Positions 40,554 through 51,250 of a DNA stretch of 64,000 bases are shown in pieces; the first letter of the stretch is position 1; the number at the start of each line of letters is the position of its first letter. Under the pieces are notes generated by a model, which saw only the letters and a program-made list of their open reading frames with translations, did no database searches and was not told the DNA's origin. The DNA is taken from positions 1,280,001 through 1,344,000 of the forward strand of contig CBDCJO010000002.1 in assembly GCA_965217865.1 (NCBI GenBank), read 5' to 3'. Both the position numbers and the translations under genes were made by a program. The stretch is from Candidatus Latescibacterota bacterium (GTDB lineage Bacteria > Latescibacterota > UBA2968 > SICM01).

Positions 40554-41303
40554 ATGACCACCCTCTCCGTCCAATCCGTCTCCAAGCGATTCGGCGATTT
40601 TTTGGCCGTCGATCAGCTTTCCCTCGAAGGTTCTCCCGGAAACATCACCGGACTGCTCGGGCCGAATGGATCGGGAAAAACCACCGCCATCCGGATGATC
40701 CTGAACATCGTAGCGCCCGATCACGGAAATGTCCTTTTGTTTGGACGGCCCTTTGAAGAAACGACCAAGGACAGAATCGGATACCTACCGGAAGAAAGAG
40801 GCCTCTATGACAAAATGAAAGTCTTTGAGCTCCTCCGATTTTTCTCGAGTATCAAGAACGTAGAGAAGCATTCGTCGCAGAGGGCCATTTTGGAATGGCT
40901 TGAGCGGTTAGACCTCACCGCGTGGAAGGGGAATAGGGTGGATACCCTCTCGAAGGGGATGCAGCAGAAGGTTCAGTTCATCGCAACCGTAGTTCACGAA
41001 CCTGACCTGATCATTTTGGACGAACCTTTTTCGGGACTTGATCCCGTGAACAACGAGGTCCTGCGGGACATCTTGTTTGACCTGAAACGTAAGGGAAAGA
41101 CGATCCTCCTTTCCACCCACCATATGGAGTTTGCGGAACGCCTCTGCGACGACATCTGCCTGATCAATCACGGCCGAAAGGTCCTGGGAGGCAGCATGTC
41201 CGAAATCAAACAGGCTTACGGTGACATGACCACACGGCGTTATGTCGTTGAGGAGCCGTCGTTGAACGACATTTTCCTGAAAGCCGTCAAAGAATCGTCC
41301 TGA
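40554..41303 (+). CDS. ABC exporter ATP-binding protein (NatA/YhaQ-like)
   Basis: GPNGSGKTT, LSKGMQQK and LDEPFSGLDP. Confidence 0.92.
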   Translation: MTTLSVQSVSKRFGDFLAVDQLSLEGSPGNITGLLGPNGSGKTTAIRMILNIVAPDHGNVLLFGRPFEETTKDRIGYLPEERGLYDKMKVFELLRFFSSIKNVEKHSSQRAILEWLERLDLTAWKGNRVDTLSKGMQQKVQFIATVVHEPDLIILDEPFSGLDPVNNEVLRDILFDLKRKGKTILLSTHHMEFAERLCDDICLINHGRKVLGGSMSEIKQAYGDMTTRRYVVEEPSLNDIFLKAVKESS

Positions 41304-41348
41304 TTCCGGAGAAGGGAGACACCTCGGTTTTTCCGAGCTTTTAGCGTC

Positions 41349-42602
41349 GTGAATAAACTTCTAAAAATCTCCGGCCGTGAATACACCACCCGGGTCCGGT
41401 CGAAATTGTTCATCATTGGGACGATCCTGGGGCCCATCTTCATCGTTGGAATCGGTGCGATACCCGCCCTTGTGATGCACATCCCTTCCGAACGCCAGCG
41501 CACCATCGCGTTGGTCGATCTTACGGGAAACCTTTTCGGACCCCTCCGCCGGGCTCTGGATGACACGGTGAAGGGGGGAAAACCCCGATTCCAATTGGTC
41601 CAAACCCGGATCCATGGAAGCCTTGAGTCGACCAGACGAATGCTCAACGAAGAGCTTGAACGGAGGACCATCCACGCCTATATCGTCATCCCCGAGGATG
41701 TCTACAGCGGGGAGGTGCCCGGATACTTCGCCAACACGCTGGGAAAACCGGAAGTCCGGATACTAAACGATGCGATCAATCGGATTGTTGTAACGAAAAG
41801 GCTTCGGAATGCCGGATTTGATGCGGAAAAAGTCAGAGGGTTAATGAAGGAAGTGGAGATGCGGACCGTTAAGGTCCAGGATGGAAAGGAGCGGGAAGGC
41901 GGATTCCTATCCGACAACATTGTGACCTTCGTCTTCGTGATGATCCTCTATGGGACCATCTTCGTCCACAGCACCTCACTCATGCAGAGCGTAATCGAGG
42001 ACAAAAACGCGCGAGTTATCGAGATCCTCCTCTCCTCGGTGACCCCCGCTCAGTTGATGGGAGGAAAGATACTCGGTGTGGGGGCGGTGGGGTTAACACA
42101 GAATCTTATCTGGCTCCTCTTCGGAGCAGGAGGGGCCTTCTGGCTAAGAGCGTCCTTCACAGATCTGCCGTTCCCGGATTTCTCGTTCAATCTTCTGTTC
42201 TGCTTTTTTATCTTCTTGATACTTGGCTTTATCCTTTTCGCTTCCCTCTACGTGGGCGTTGGGTCACTTTGTAATTCCAATCAAGATGCACAACCCCTCG
42301 CGCTTCCAATGACCGTGATCCTGATGGTGCCGATGATGTTGATGGGAGTCGTCGCCCAGCATCCCGACAGCAGTCTGACCATCGCCTTATCGTTGATCCC
42401 CTTCTTCTCCCCGATGGTGATGTTTATGCGGATAAACCTCCTCCATCCTCCGGCTTATCAGATCGCCATCTCCTTGTTGTTCCTCCTGGTGACCATCTTT
42501 CTGATGATACGGTTTACGGCGAAAGTCTTTCAGACAGGCATTCTTGTCTATGGGAAACGGCCTTCCTTTTCAGAAATCTTCCGTTGGCTTCGAAAGGTGT
42601 AG
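41349..42602 (+). CDS. ABC-2 exporter permease (NatB/YhaP-like)
   Basis: EDKNARVIEILLSS, GKILG and IPFFSP. Confidence 0.9.
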   Translation: MNKLLKISGREYTTRVRSKLFIIGTILGPIFIVGIGAIPALVMHIPSERQRTIALVDLTGNLFGPLRRALDDTVKGGKPRFQLVQTRIHGSLESTRRMLNEELERRTIHAYIVIPEDVYSGEVPGYFANTLGKPEVRILNDAINRIVVTKRLRNAGFDAEKVRGLMKEVEMRTVKVQDGKEREGGFLSDNIVTFVFVMILYGTIFVHSTSLMQSVIEDKNARVIEILLSSVTPAQLMGGKILGVGAVGLTQNLIWLLFGAGGAFWLRASFTDLPFPDFSFNLLFCFFIFLILGFILFASLYVGVGSLCNSNQDAQPLALPMTVILMVPMMLMGVVAQHPDSSLTIALSLIPFFSPMVMFMRINLLHPPAYQIAISLLFLLVTIFLMIRFTAKVFQTGILVYGKRPSFSEIFRWLRKV

Positions 42603-42615
42603 CGCGGTTCATGGA

Positions 42616-43086
42616 TCACTCCCGTCGGTTTTCCGCGATCATCGCCGTCAATTCCGCTTCTGCCACCAACAGCCCCTTCACATACGCTTTCCCCCCGACC
42701 TTGCAGACGCTTTGCCTTCGGTGTAATAATTCAACCTCCATCCGGAGCTGGTCCCCAGGCACGACGGGCTTGCGGAAGCGGGCTTTTTCGATGGACATAA
42801 AAAAGGGGGTGGTGTCTGCCCCTCCGGATATTGTGCCCATCATTAAAAGACCACCGGTTTGAGCCAAGGCCTCGACGATCAATACGCCGGGCATGATGGG
42901 ACGTCCCGGGAAGTGTCCGGCAAGGTAAGGCTCATCTGCCGTCACATCCTTGATGCCGATGGCCCGCTCGCCGGGGACAAGGTCGATCACCCTATCCACA
43001 AATAGGAATGGATATCGGTGTGGAAGGATTTTCTGAATGGCCTTCTGATCCAACTCGATCGGGATGCGGGAACGATCTTCGGACAT
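42616..43086 (-). CDS. fabZ: 3-hydroxyacyl-ACP dehydratase
   Basis: LPHRYPFLFVDRV and GHFPGRPIMPGVLIVEALAQ. Confidence 0.95.
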   Translation of the reverse strand: MSEDRSRIPIELDQKAIQKILPHRYPFLFVDRVIDLVPGERAIGIKDVTADEPYLAGHFPGRPIMPGVLIVEALAQTGGLLMMGTISGGADTTPFFMSIEKARFRKPVVPGDQLRMEVELLHRRQSVCKVGGKAYVKGLLVAEAELTAMIAENRRE

Positions 43087-43189
43087 GGCCTATCCTTTCC
43101 TTCCGAAAACATTGCCCAAAGGGTGGGGTGTTAAAGCGGGCTGGATTTCCCTTCAAACTGCGATTCGGAAATTTGACAAATGTTAAGAT

Positions 43190-43222
43190 AAAAAGGCGCT
43201 GTTCGGAACGGAACAGCGCCTT
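43190..43222 (-). terminator. Intrinsic terminator after skp
   Basis: 12-bp stem AAGGCGCTGTTC/GAACAGCGCCTT with a T-run on the minus strand. Confidence 0.75.
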
Positions 43223-43245
43223 GTACATCCAACACCGGAATCCCT

Positions 43246-43815
43246 TCAACGGCCTGTGGACCCGGCCTTTGGGGACCCTTTTTTCTTTTCCTCCAGTTCC
43301 TTGTTCAATGCCTCCATCACCATGGGTGTGATATCATATTTCTCGTTTGCATAGGCCATCTGTGCAGCGTTGAATATGAAATCGTATCCCTCCGATTTGG
43401 CTACCCGGCCTAAGATATTATTTACACTCTTGTAGATCGGGGCTGAGAGTTCCGCGTTCTTTCTGGTTAGACGGCCTCCCGGTGAAGTCAACCCCTCAAC
43501 GAATTTCTGAATTTCTCCGACCCTCCGCTGGATCTCCCTCTGCATTTCCTCTTTCTTTTTGTCGCTCAGGAGAAGCTCCTGACGCTTGTATTCATCCTGT
43601 AACTGCTTGAGGGCGTTTTCTTTATCAGCATACTCTTTCTGCATTTCGTTCTCGTACCGCTTGAACTCGCTCTCAGCCTCCCTGAAGGGTTTGTAGTCCT
43701 TCAGGATGCGCTCCGAATCTACGAATCCAAACTTTACCTGGGCATAAGCCGGAAGGTTCAGCCCCAAAGCAGAGAACATCAAAATTCCCAGAGCAACGGC
43801 AATTCTGTTTCCCAT
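43246..43815 (-). CDS. skp: OmpH/Skp periplasmic chaperone
   Basis: Signal peptide, KFGFVD, coiled coil, GYDFIF and DIT; follows bamA. Confidence 0.9.
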   Translation of the reverse strand: MGNRIAVALGILMFSALGLNLPAYAQVKFGFVDSERILKDYKPFREAESEFKRYENEMQKEYADKENALKQLQDEYKRQELLLSDKKKEEMQREIQRRVGEIQKFVEGLTSPGGRLTRKNAELSAPIYKSVNNILGRVAKSEGYDFIFNAAQMAYANEKYDITPMVMEALNKELEEKKKGSPKAGSTGR

Positions 43816-43845
43816 CTGATTTGACCTCCTTAAAATTAATGAACA

Positions 43846-46197
43846 TTAGAAGAACTGCGGACCGAATTGAAAATGCGTAAGCATCCCTACAGGTTGTCCA
43901 TCCACCCGTCGACGGTCGAAACCCCATCCGAAATCGAAACCTATGATTCCAACCAGCGGAGCGAAAATCCGCACCCCCAAGCCCGCGGACCGCCTGAGGT
44001 CGAATAAGCTCAGCTCTCCCACGTTCTCCCAGGCGTTCCCCGCATCGAAAAATGCAAGCAAGTAGATCTGATTCGGAACGACGGGCATGCTGGCCTCAAG
44101 GTTATAGATCAACATCGACCGGCCCCCGATCAATCCCCCCGTGGCGTTTATCGGACCCACGCTCCGGTCGTTATATCCCCGAAGCACTGTGCCGTCGATC
44201 AGATCGGTGCCCCCCGGGGTGAACCTCTCGTTGAACGGTGCCGTGGAACCCCGGAAGCCCGCGATCGCCCCGAACTGCTGTTTGAAGCTGAGGGCAACCT
44301 TCCAGAAAAGGGGGAAGTAAAAACTGTTGTTGATCGTATGCCTGTGATAGTTGATGTTACCCCCCAGACCCGCCAACTCGAGAGTGTAGTTAAACACCGA
44401 CCCTTCGCTTGCAAACTGAGGAAGGTTCCGGCTGTCCCGACTCATGATAAAACTCATCCGGCTGGTGATATTGTCCTGGAGCTGTGGGGGCCTGTTGACA
44501 TCCAGGGAATCACTGTCGAAATCAACGAACTTCGTCTCTGAGATCCCATAGGAAATCCCTGCCTGGGTGTAATCATCGGGCCATCGCAAACGCCGTCCCA
44601 ATCGAATGTTGAAACCGACATCCCGGATGTCGAATTCGTTTCCGGTGATCCGACGGTTCACCCGGAATACCGAACCGGACAGACTGGTCGGGGTGTTGAA
44701 CAGCCAGGGTTCTGAAAAACTGACCTGGAGTTGGGAAAGGCGACTGCCGAACTCCCAGTTGAAACTGAGCAACTGACCGTTGCCCAGGAAATTTGGGATC
44801 GATAGCCCGATCGTGCCCACCAACCCCCCCTGTTCGCTGAATCCCCCGCCGACGGATGCCGTTCCTGTCGACTTCTCCTCCACCCGAAACGTCAAGTCGA
44901 TCTGGGTGAGATCCTCGTTGGGCTGGACATCGGGTTCCACGTTGTTGAAGTAGTCCAGCACCATGACGTTCCGAAGGCTCCGCTCAAGGAGCGACCGGCT
45001 GAAGGTCTGACCCGGCCGGATGAACAGTTCCCGACGGATCACGCGGTCCTTGGTCTTGCTGTTTCCGACGATGTTGATCATACGAATCTTCGAAGGGTCA
45101 TTTTCAACGATTTCAAAATGGACGTCGATGGAATCCCCGCGAATCGTCTCCCTGGGGAGGATCTGGGTGGCGATGTGACCGATGTTACCGTACTCCGATC
45201 GGAGATTCTCCAGGGTCTTATCGAACCTCTCCTGGCTGTATACCTCTCCATGTTCAGCGGTGATCAAACGGGACAAATCTTTATCATCGAAGATCTCGTT
45301 TCCGGACCAGGTAATCCGACCGAAGTTGTACCGGGTTCCTTCTTCGACTGTAATATCGATGAAAAGATCTTTCTTCGATTCATCGTAATACAGGCTGTCG
45401 GAAAGTATATAAGCCTCCCGATAGCCTTTTTTTTTGTAGAATTCCTCGACATTCCTCAGATCCTCACGATAATTCTCTTCTTTGAAATCCCCTCCTCGTA
45501 AAAATCTTTTGGGTTTGGTCTCTTTCATCTGCTTTCGAAGCTTGGAGTCGGTGAACTTCTCATTTCCATGGAAATCGACCCTCCTGAGCTTCACCCGAGG
45601 CCCCTCGTCGATTTTAATAATGAGAGGATGCCGCCCCTTCGGCGTGATCTCCCCCAGTTTCAACGTCACTTCGGTCAGCAGATATCTCTCTTTTTTATAG
45701 AGGTCTAAAATTTGGGTTTTCGCCCGCAATTCATCCCGTGGTCCAAAAAACTGCCCCGTTATGAATCCCAAAGTTTTCTCGAGTTTGCCTTTTTTGATTT
45801 TTCGATTCCCCTGGAACACGAGTTTGTCGAGCTTCGGAAATTCCGTCAGACTAATTCTTAGTTTTATACGTTCCGGACCGTCGAGGACTCCTTCGATGAT
45901 GATGTCGGAAAAAATCCTGAGGTTATAAAGTGATCGGATAGCATTGGCGATCTCGTGCCGATCCGGTGACAACACAAGGCCTTCGTGCAAACCGGAGTTG
46001 AATAGAATCATCTCTTCTTCAGCAGACACATTTCCGATCAGCTCGATCTCGGAAATTTCAAGCCCGGTTTGACCGAAACTTGAACCAGGTATAATCAGGA
46101 TCAGGAGGGATAGGAATTTGAGGGGCGACAATAGGGTATCCGAGATAAAGTCTTTGGGTCGAGGGATGTTGCTTTTTTTTTGATCCAGGGGGGCCAC
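43846..46197 (-). CDS. bamA: Outer membrane protein assembly factor BamA
   Basis: POTRA repeats (GN.KT.D.VIRRE), N.LG.GQ, LRGY loop and a C-terminal Phe. Confidence 0.95.
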   Translation of the reverse strand: MAPLDQKKSNIPRPKDFISDTLLSPLKFLSLLILIIPGSSFGQTGLEISEIELIGNVSAEEEMILFNSGLHEGLVLSPDRHEIANAIRSLYNLRIFSDIIIEGVLDGPERIKLRISLTEFPKLDKLVFQGNRKIKKGKLEKTLGFITGQFFGPRDELRAKTQILDLYKKERYLLTEVTLKLGEITPKGRHPLIIKIDEGPRVKLRRVDFHGNEKFTDSKLRKQMKETKPKRFLRGGDFKEENYREDLRNVEEFYKKKGYREAYILSDSLYYDESKKDLFIDITVEEGTRYNFGRITWSGNEIFDDKDLSRLITAEHGEVYSQERFDKTLENLRSEYGNIGHIATQILPRETIRGDSIDVHFEIVENDPSKIRMINIVGNSKTKDRVIRRELFIRPGQTFSRSLLERSLRNVMVLDYFNNVEPDVQPNEDLTQIDLTFRVEEKSTGTASVGGGFSEQGGLVGTIGLSIPNFLGNGQLLSFNWEFGSRLSQLQVSFSEPWLFNTPTSLSGSVFRVNRRITGNEFDIRDVGFNIRLGRRLRWPDDYTQAGISYGISETKFVDFDSDSLDVNRPPQLQDNITSRMSFIMSRDSRNLPQFASEGSVFNYTLELAGLGGNINYHRHTINNSFYFPLFWKVALSFKQQFGAIAGFRGSTAPFNERFTPGGTDLIDGTVLRGYNDRSVGPINATGGLIGGRSMLIYNLEASMPVVPNQIYLLAFFDAGNAWENVGELSLFDLRRSAGLGVRIFAPLVGIIGFDFGWGFDRRRVDGQPVGMLTHFQFGPQFF

Positions 46198-46292
46198 ACC
46201 AAAAGAAAGAGCCGAAGAATCGTAGTTCCCATGACTCCTCGACTCCCCTGACTTGTTTTAACTCTCATAAAGCCACGAAGTTCCCGAAGCCG

Positions 46293-48755
46293 TTAGGCCT
46301 TCTGGCTTTCAGCAACCTCTTCATCTACATCATCGGACTGGTTTGCATCTACAAAATGGAGTATGTCCCCCTTCTTCGTCACCCGGATGCGGCTTCCCTG
46401 GATGAATTTCCCCTTGAGGATTTCTTCAGAGAGGGGATCTTCGATCATCTTCTGGATCGTGCGGTTAAGATGTCGAGCCCCGAATTGCACGTCATAACCC
46501 TTGTCGGCAATCAGACTCTTCGCCCCGGGGGTAAGGCTGACGGTCATATCCTGATCGCTCAATCGTTTGAGGATATCGTCGATCTGCAGGTCGATGATCT
46601 GTGTGATCTCTTTCTTAGTCAAAGCGTTGAATACAACGACTTCATCCAGTCGATTGATAAACTCGGGATTGAACGTCTTTTTTACTTCCTCCCGAACCTT
46701 TTCCTCTATCTGGTTCCGGAGCGTTTTTTGATCTGATTTCTGGAAGCCTAGGGAACCCGCTTTATTCAGATCCCGCGTTCCAAGATTGGATGTCATAATC
46801 AGGATTGCGTTCTTGAAATCCACCTTCCGTCCGAAACTGTCGGTCAACCGCCCCTCGTCCAATACCTGCAGAAGAATGTTAAAGACATCGGGATGAGCCT
46901 TTTCGATCTCGTCCAGCATAACGACAGAATACGGCTTTCTCCTAACCTTCTCCGTGAGTTGTCCTCCCTCATCGTAGCCCACATATCCGGGGGGGGCGCC
47001 AACCAGGCGTGAAACCGCAAATTTCTCCATATACTCGGACATATCGACCGTGATCAACGCGTCCGCGTCATCGAAGAGGTATTTGGCAAGCACCCGGGGA
47101 AAAAAAGACTTTCCGATCCCGGTCGGACCGAGGAACATAAACGTTCCGATCGGTCTGTTGGGATTCTTTAAACCTGCCCGTGTACGGCGAATCGCCCGGG
47201 AGACGATCTGCGCCGCCTCTTCCTGCCCGATGATCTGCTTATTCAGAGCCTCTTCCATACCGACCAGTTTTTCCGTTTCGGTCTTGGCGAGTCGAAATAC
47301 CGGGATGCCTGTCATGCTGGAGACCACATCGGCGATATTGTCCTCAGTCACTTCGATGACCTCGTCCCGGACCCTCTGCTCCCACTTCCGCCTCTCCTCG
47401 TCAAGCTTTTCTTTTATGGTCCTTTCTTGATCACGTAGCTTTGCGGCTTCTTCGAACATCTGGTTTTCCGCTGCTTCGTTTTTATCCTTAGTAATCTCTT
47501 CCACCTGAGTTTCGATCTGCTTGATCTCTTCCGGGGGGGTCAGGCGGGAAAGATGTACCCGAGATCCTGTCTCATCGATCACGTCGATCGCTTTGTCAGG
47601 CAGATAGCGGTCGGTGATATAACGGTCGGCCATGGCAACAGCCTGCTTGATGGCCTTGTCTGTGTATACGACCCGGTGATGCTCCTCATAGCTCGATTTG
47701 AGCCCGATCAAAATCTTGATTGTGTCGTCCGCAGATGGGGGATCGACCATGATCGTCTGAAACCGCCGTTCAAGCGCCCCATCCTTCTCAATATACTTTC
47801 GATATTCTTCGAGGGTGGTTGCCCCAATGCACTGAAGTTCTCCCCGGGATAAGGCGGGTTTGAACATGTTCGAAGCATCGAGTGTCCCTTCCGCACTCCC
47901 TGCACCCACAATCGTATGAAGCTCATCGATGAAAATGATCACTTCTTGGCTCTGTTGCAGCTCGTTCATGACGGCCTTGATCCGTTCTTCGAACTGACCT
48001 CGGTATTTCGTCCCCGCTACGATTCCCCCCATGTCCAGGGTCACGACACGTTTTTCCACGAGTATCTGCGGCACCTTCCGCTCGATGATCCGTTGGGCAA
48101 GTCCCTCTACGATAGCGGTTTTACCAACCCCCGGCTCGCCGATCAGAACGGGGTTATTTTTCTTTCGACGGGATAGAATCTGCGAGACCCTTTCGATCTC
48201 TTTTTCCCTTCCGATAATCGGATCCAATTTCGCTTCACGCGCAAGCTGAGTCAGATCCCTGCCGAAATGATCCAGGAATGGGGTCTTGCTCTTTTTTCTG
48301 TCCCGCTTCCCAGTGGTCTTTCCGTTGAGGACTGCGACGACTTCCTCCTTAGCAGTTTTGTGATCCACCCCGAAGGCCGCAAGGATCTGGGCTGCTACAC
48401 CGTCCTTGTCCTTTAGAAGGGCCAAAAGGAGATGCTCTGTTCCGACGAATTGAGACTTCATCTCCTTTGCTTCATTTGCTGCGATTTCAAGAATCTGCTT
48501 CGCGCGAGGGGTAAATGGGACCTCTCCCATTGTCATCTGTCCCCCTGAGGACGCCACATAGTCATCGACCGATTGTTTGATTGCTTCGAGATTCAGGCCC
48601 AAATTGATCAACACGGTCGTGGCCTTTCCCTTTCCCTCTTTGATGATCCCCAGGAGAAGGTGTTCGGTTCCGATGTAATTGTGGCCGAGCCGGGCTGATT
48701 CCTCACGCGCCATCTGCATGACGCGCTTCACTCTATCCGTAAACATATGATTCAT
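46293..48755 (-). CDS. clpC: ATP-dependent Clp protease ATP-binding subunit ClpC
   Basis: Two Clp-N repeats, [11 protein letters not shown]-type M domain, GPTGIGKS and GAPPGYVGY. Confidence 0.96.
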   Translation of the reverse strand: MNHMFTDRVKRVMQMAREESARLGHNYIGTEHLLLGIIKEGKGKATTVLINLGLNLEAIKQSVDDYVASSGGQMTMGEVPFTPRAKQILEIAANEAKEMKSQFVGTEHLLLALLKDKDGVAAQILAAFGVDHKTAKEEVVAVLNGKTTGKRDRKKSKTPFLDHFGRDLTQLAREAKLDPIIGREKEIERVSQILSRRKKNNPVLIGEPGVGKTAIVEGLAQRIIERKVPQILVEKRVVTLDMGGIVAGTKYRGQFEERIKAVMNELQQSQEVIIFIDELHTIVGAGSAEGTLDASNMFKPALSRGELQCIGATTLEEYRKYIEKDGALERRFQTIMVDPPSADDTIKILIGLKSSYEEHHRVVYTDKAIKQAVAMADRYITDRYLPDKAIDVIDETGSRVHLSRLTPPEEIKQIETQVEEITKDKNEAAENQMFEEAAKLRDQERTIKEKLDEERRKWEQRVRDEVIEVTEDNIADVVSSMTGIPVFRLAKTETEKLVGMEEALNKQIIGQEEAAQIVSRAIRRTRAGLKNPNRPIGTFMFLGPTGIGKSFFPRVLAKYLFDDADALITVDMSEYMEKFAVSRLVGAPPGYVGYDEGGQLTEKVRRKPYSVVMLDEIEKAHPDVFNILLQVLDEGRLTDSFGRKVDFKNAILIMTSNLGTRDLNKAGSLGFQKSDQKTLRNQIEEKVREEVKKTFNPEFINRLDEVVVFNALTKKEITQIIDLQIDDILKRLSDQDMTVSLTPGAKSLIADKGYDVQFGARHLNRTIQKMIEDPLSEEILKGKFIQGSRIRVTKKGDILHFVDANQSDDVDEEVAESQKA

Positions 48756-48877
48756 CTCTAATACCTCCTGTCACCTACCCATCACCGTTCGGCAATCGGT
48801 TAAAACCGAAGAAGCAAAAAAACCAACATGAAATTGCAAGTGATACGACTCACCTTGTACCACAATGATTTTATCCT

Positions 48878-49936
48878 TTAATTTTTCTTTTCCTCCAGCC
48901 ATTTTCTAACGACTTTCGCTCGGAGAACGTCCCGCTCTATCGGCTCCAAGGTTTTCCCCACACTGCGTTGAAGGTGAGATGGCTGGGTCCGGACCAACAG
49001 TTCGTTGAGCATCTTTACGTCCGGCCTGGGAATCACGCCCAGGCTGTGGCCCAACCGGGCCGCGGATGAAAGGTTCATAAACTCCTGAGTCGTCAAAACG
49101 CGTGCGTTCTCAAGGATGCCGCAAGCCCGCCAGATCTTGTCTTCGATTTGCGGGCGCGCTTCCTTCAAAAGAGTCTGTCGGGCATTTTGTTCAAATGAAA
49201 TGATCTGCCGGGTCACTTTCTCAAGACCCTCGATGACCTGCTCCACTTCTTTTCCCAGGGTAATCTGGTTTGACACCTGAAACAGGTTTCCCATGACATC
49301 CGAACCCTCCCCGTAAAATCCTCTCACAGCAAAACCCATCTGAGCGATTCCCCGGATCACTTTCTCCATATCTTGGGTCAGTACCAATCCTGGGAGGTGT
49401 ATTAGCACGGAAGACCTCAAGCCCGTTCCGACATTGGTCGGACAAGCCGTATGATAACCCCATTTTGAGGAGTAAGCGTAACTTAACGAACCTTTCATAT
49501 CCTCGTCGATCTCATTCGCAAGTGAGTAGGCCTTTCGCGGCTGAAATCCGGAGAGGATGACCTGTAGACGCAAATGATCCTCTTCGTTGATCATGATGCT
49601 CAAACTCTCATCGGGGCTCACCAGGATTCCCCGATGCCCCTCCGCATTGGCCAGGGCAAGACTGATGAGATGTCGTTCGACCAGCAGTTGGCGCTCTGCC
49701 TCGGAAAGGCCTGCGGCATCGAGGTAAACGGCCTCGGACATCCGATGACAACTACGAGCCGCCCCTTTAACCACCTCCACGATCCGCACCCGGTCCTTCT
49801 CGTCGGCGCGCGAAATGAAACGCATCCCTTTTAAATTTCGCGCGAGGCGGATCCGGCTGCTGACCACCAGACTGGACTCTTGGCCGGATCCATCCAGCCA
49901 TCTGGCCACACGATTGACAAAGTCATCGAGTATCAT
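48878..49936 (-). CDS. mcsB: Protein arginine kinase
   Basis: SSRIRLARN, NEEDH and CPTNVGTG. Confidence 0.95.
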   Translation of the reverse strand: MILDDFVNRVARWLDGSGQESSLVVSSRIRLARNLKGMRFISRADEKDRVRIVEVVKGAARSCHRMSEAVYLDAAGLSEAERQLLVERHLISLALANAEGHRGILVSPDESLSIMINEEDHLRLQVILSGFQPRKAYSLANEIDEDMKGSLSYAYSSKWGYHTACPTNVGTGLRSSVLIHLPGLVLTQDMEKVIRGIAQMGFAVRGFYGEGSDVMGNLFQVSNQITLGKEVEQVIEGLEKVTRQIISFEQNARQTLLKEARPQIEDKIWRACGILENARVLTTQEFMNLSSAARLGHSLGVIPRPDVKMLNELLVRTQPSHLQRSVGKTLEPIERDVLRAKVVRKWLEEKKN

Positions 49937-50000
49937 TTTTCAAACATTTCCCCAATAGCGAACCAGATCACAAAAGACCCCGGCCCTGGATTCCAACCTT

Positions 50001-50495
50001 TCAGACTTTCTCGTCTTTTCCTGAGCGTTCCTTAATCAGCGCAATCTGATCCCGGAGTTTGGCGGCCTCTTCAAAATTTTCCTCGGCAACCGCCTTTTTG
50101 AGATCACCCTGAAGGATTTCGATTTTTTCTCTGTTTGCATCGAGGTTCGCAGGGACGGAACCGTGGTCCGATTGGCGTTCGACTCCGTGAATCCGCTTGA
50201 AAACCCGGTCCAGTTCCGACTCGAAGGCCAGATAACAACCATCGCATCCAAACTGGCCTGTCTTTTTGAACTCCGCGAAAGTCAATCCACAAGAGGAGCA
50301 CGTCAAGCTCGGGACTTCGATCTCCTCATTTTCGTTCTGCGCCAGAAGGCTGGAAAGCGTCACAGTTACACCTTCGCTTCCACCACTTCTTTTTTCCGCG
50401 CACTCAATACAAAGATGATGAACGGTCTTTTCCCCGTCTAGAATCTGGATAAACGGGACCGAGGCTGGATTTTTTTTACAGTCTTGACAAACCAT
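50001..50495 (-). CDS. mcsA: McsA (CxxC zinc motifs plus UVR domain)
   Basis: Four CxxC motifs and [11 protein letters not shown]. Confidence 0.92.
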   Translation of the reverse strand: MVCQDCKKNPASVPFIQILDGEKTVHHLCIECAEKRSGGSEGVTVTLSSLLAQNENEEIEVPSLTCSSCGLTFAEFKKTGQFGCDGCYLAFESELDRVFKRIHGVERQSDHGSVPANLDANREKIEILQGDLKKAVAEENFEEAAKLRDQIALIKERSGKDEKV

Positions 50496-50503
50496 CGGGA
50501 TTT

Positions 50504-51250
50504 CTATTTCGGGGTCGATCCGTTTTCGACACGAAAACTCGAACCAGTCCCGTGACTTCCATCTTTGATCCGGATGCCAGCCACTTTCCCATCCGATAGC
50601 CGAACTTCCCGATCCGCCCTCCGGGCTACATCGATATCGTGGGTAACGATCACAAAGGCCTGTCCCATATCACGGGCAAGTTTCCCGATCAGATCATGCA
50701 GTTCATGCTTATTGGCTCTATCCAAGTTTCCTGACGGCTCATCGGCAAGGACAACATCCGGTTCCGTGATAATCGCGCGGGCTACTGCGACACGCTGCAT
50801 TTCGCCGCCGGAAAGTTCCCCCGGGAGATGCTTCTCCCGGTCCGCCAGTCCTATCCTTCCAAGCATCGACTGGCCACGGTCCAATGCCGCCTTCTGATCG
50901 ACTCGAGCGATCATGAGCGGCAGAATAACATTTTCCAGTGCCGTAAACTCGTTAAGAAGATGGTGGAACTGAAATATAAACCCGATCTTTCGATTTCGGA
51001 AAACCGATGCCTCATCGGGGCCCATATCCAGCACATCCACACCGTCAAACGTCAACCGTCCCCCTTCAGGACGGTCCAGAAGCCCCAGGATATGAAGAAG
51101 GGTACTCTTGCCAACCCCCGACGGTCCGGTCACCGCGACGATCTCTCCCCGGTCCAGATCCAGGTCGACTCCCTTCAATACCTCCAGGTTGCCGTCCCCG
51201 GTGGGATATACCTTTCGAATCCCACGGGCTTCAAGCATCGGAACGGTCAT
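50504..51250 (-). CDS. lolD: Lipoprotein-releasing ABC ATPase (LolD-like)
   Basis: GPSGVGKST, GFIFQFHHLL, LSGGEMQR and ADEPSGNLD. Confidence 0.85.
   Translation of the reverse strand: MTVPMLEARGIRKVYPTGDGNLEVLKGVDLDLDRGEIVAVTGPSGVGKSTLLHILGLLDRPEGGRLTFDGVDVLDMGPDEASVFRNRKIGFIFQFHHLLNEFTALENVILPLMIARVDQKAALDRGQSMLGRIGLADREKHLPGELSGGEMQRVAVARAIITEPDVVLADEPSGNLDRANKHELHDLIGKLARDMGQAFVIVTHDIDVARRADREVRLSDGKVAGIRIKDGSHGTGSSFRVENGSTPK

Noticed and set aside
47085-47135. Unusual ClpC second Walker A context [12 protein letters not shown]
   Set aside because: The GxxGxGK[S/T] core is retained and the frame is intact.
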